Shown here in pieces: positions 63,787 to 64,000 of a DNA stretch of 64,000 nucleotides. The notes under the pieces are model-generated. The model did not search any database. It worked only from the letters and a program-made list of their open reading frames with translations, and was not told the DNA's origin. The stretch lies in NCBI RefSeq assembly GCF_009914755.1, contig NC_060930.1; one strand, written 5' to 3'. A program made the translations under genes and the position numbers. Numbering within the stretch: position 1 is the stretch's first letter; every line of letters begins with the position of its first letter. The stretch comes from the human T2T-CHM13v2.0 reference genome, Homo sapiens.

Positions 63787-64000
63787 CAGTAATCCCCCCT
63801 TATCTGCTGTTTTGCGTTCTGCAGTTGTTTCAGTAACCCATGGTCACCCTAAATGGAAAATTCCAGAAACAATTCACATAGTTTAAATTGTGCACCATTC
63901 TGAGTAGCATCATGAAATCTCAAGTCCTGTGCCATCCTGTTGAGCAGGCGAATCATCCCTTTGTCCAGTGGATCCATGCTGTAGACGTCCCACGCCTATT
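63787..64000 (+). mobile_element. MER44/Tigger7-type DNA transposon (runs off the window)
   Basis: TA-CAGTAATCCCCCCTTATC terminus; AAATGGAAAATTCCAGAAA..TTCTGAGTAGC..GAATCATCCCTTTGTCCAG. Confidence 0.75.

Overview
Human (primate) genomic DNA containing one complete protein-coding gene on the + strand, HECA (headcase homolog). It has a CpG-island promoter (~17.4-18.7 kb) and four coding exons (17942-18212, 48813-49853, 56914-57068, 59470-59634). All introns are GT-AG and the exons splice into a 1632-nt ORF (543 aa: Ala/Gly-rich N-terminus, two Cys/His-rich regions). A ~3.7-kb 3'UTR ends near AATAAA 63310. The upstream 17 kb and the introns are mostly interspersed repeats: about 21 Alu loci, a 3.45-kb L1PA with a 16-bp TSD, older L1/L2/MIR, solo LTRs (LTR54-, MER31-, MER51-, MER34-, MER41A-, LTR16-, MLT/MST-like) and DNA transposon relics. 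Repeat subfamily names come from recall of consensus sequences, not a search, and boundaries without a stated TSD are approximate. I see no new gene or prokaryote-type system. The best leads are regulatory: a strong-Kozak uORF, an Arg-rich +1-frame ORF spanning exons 1-2, a stop-free 3n exon 2 that could circularise, a tandem stop in a gene whose fly ortholog uses readthrough, a transposon end at the exon 2 branch point, and two local duplications in intron 1.
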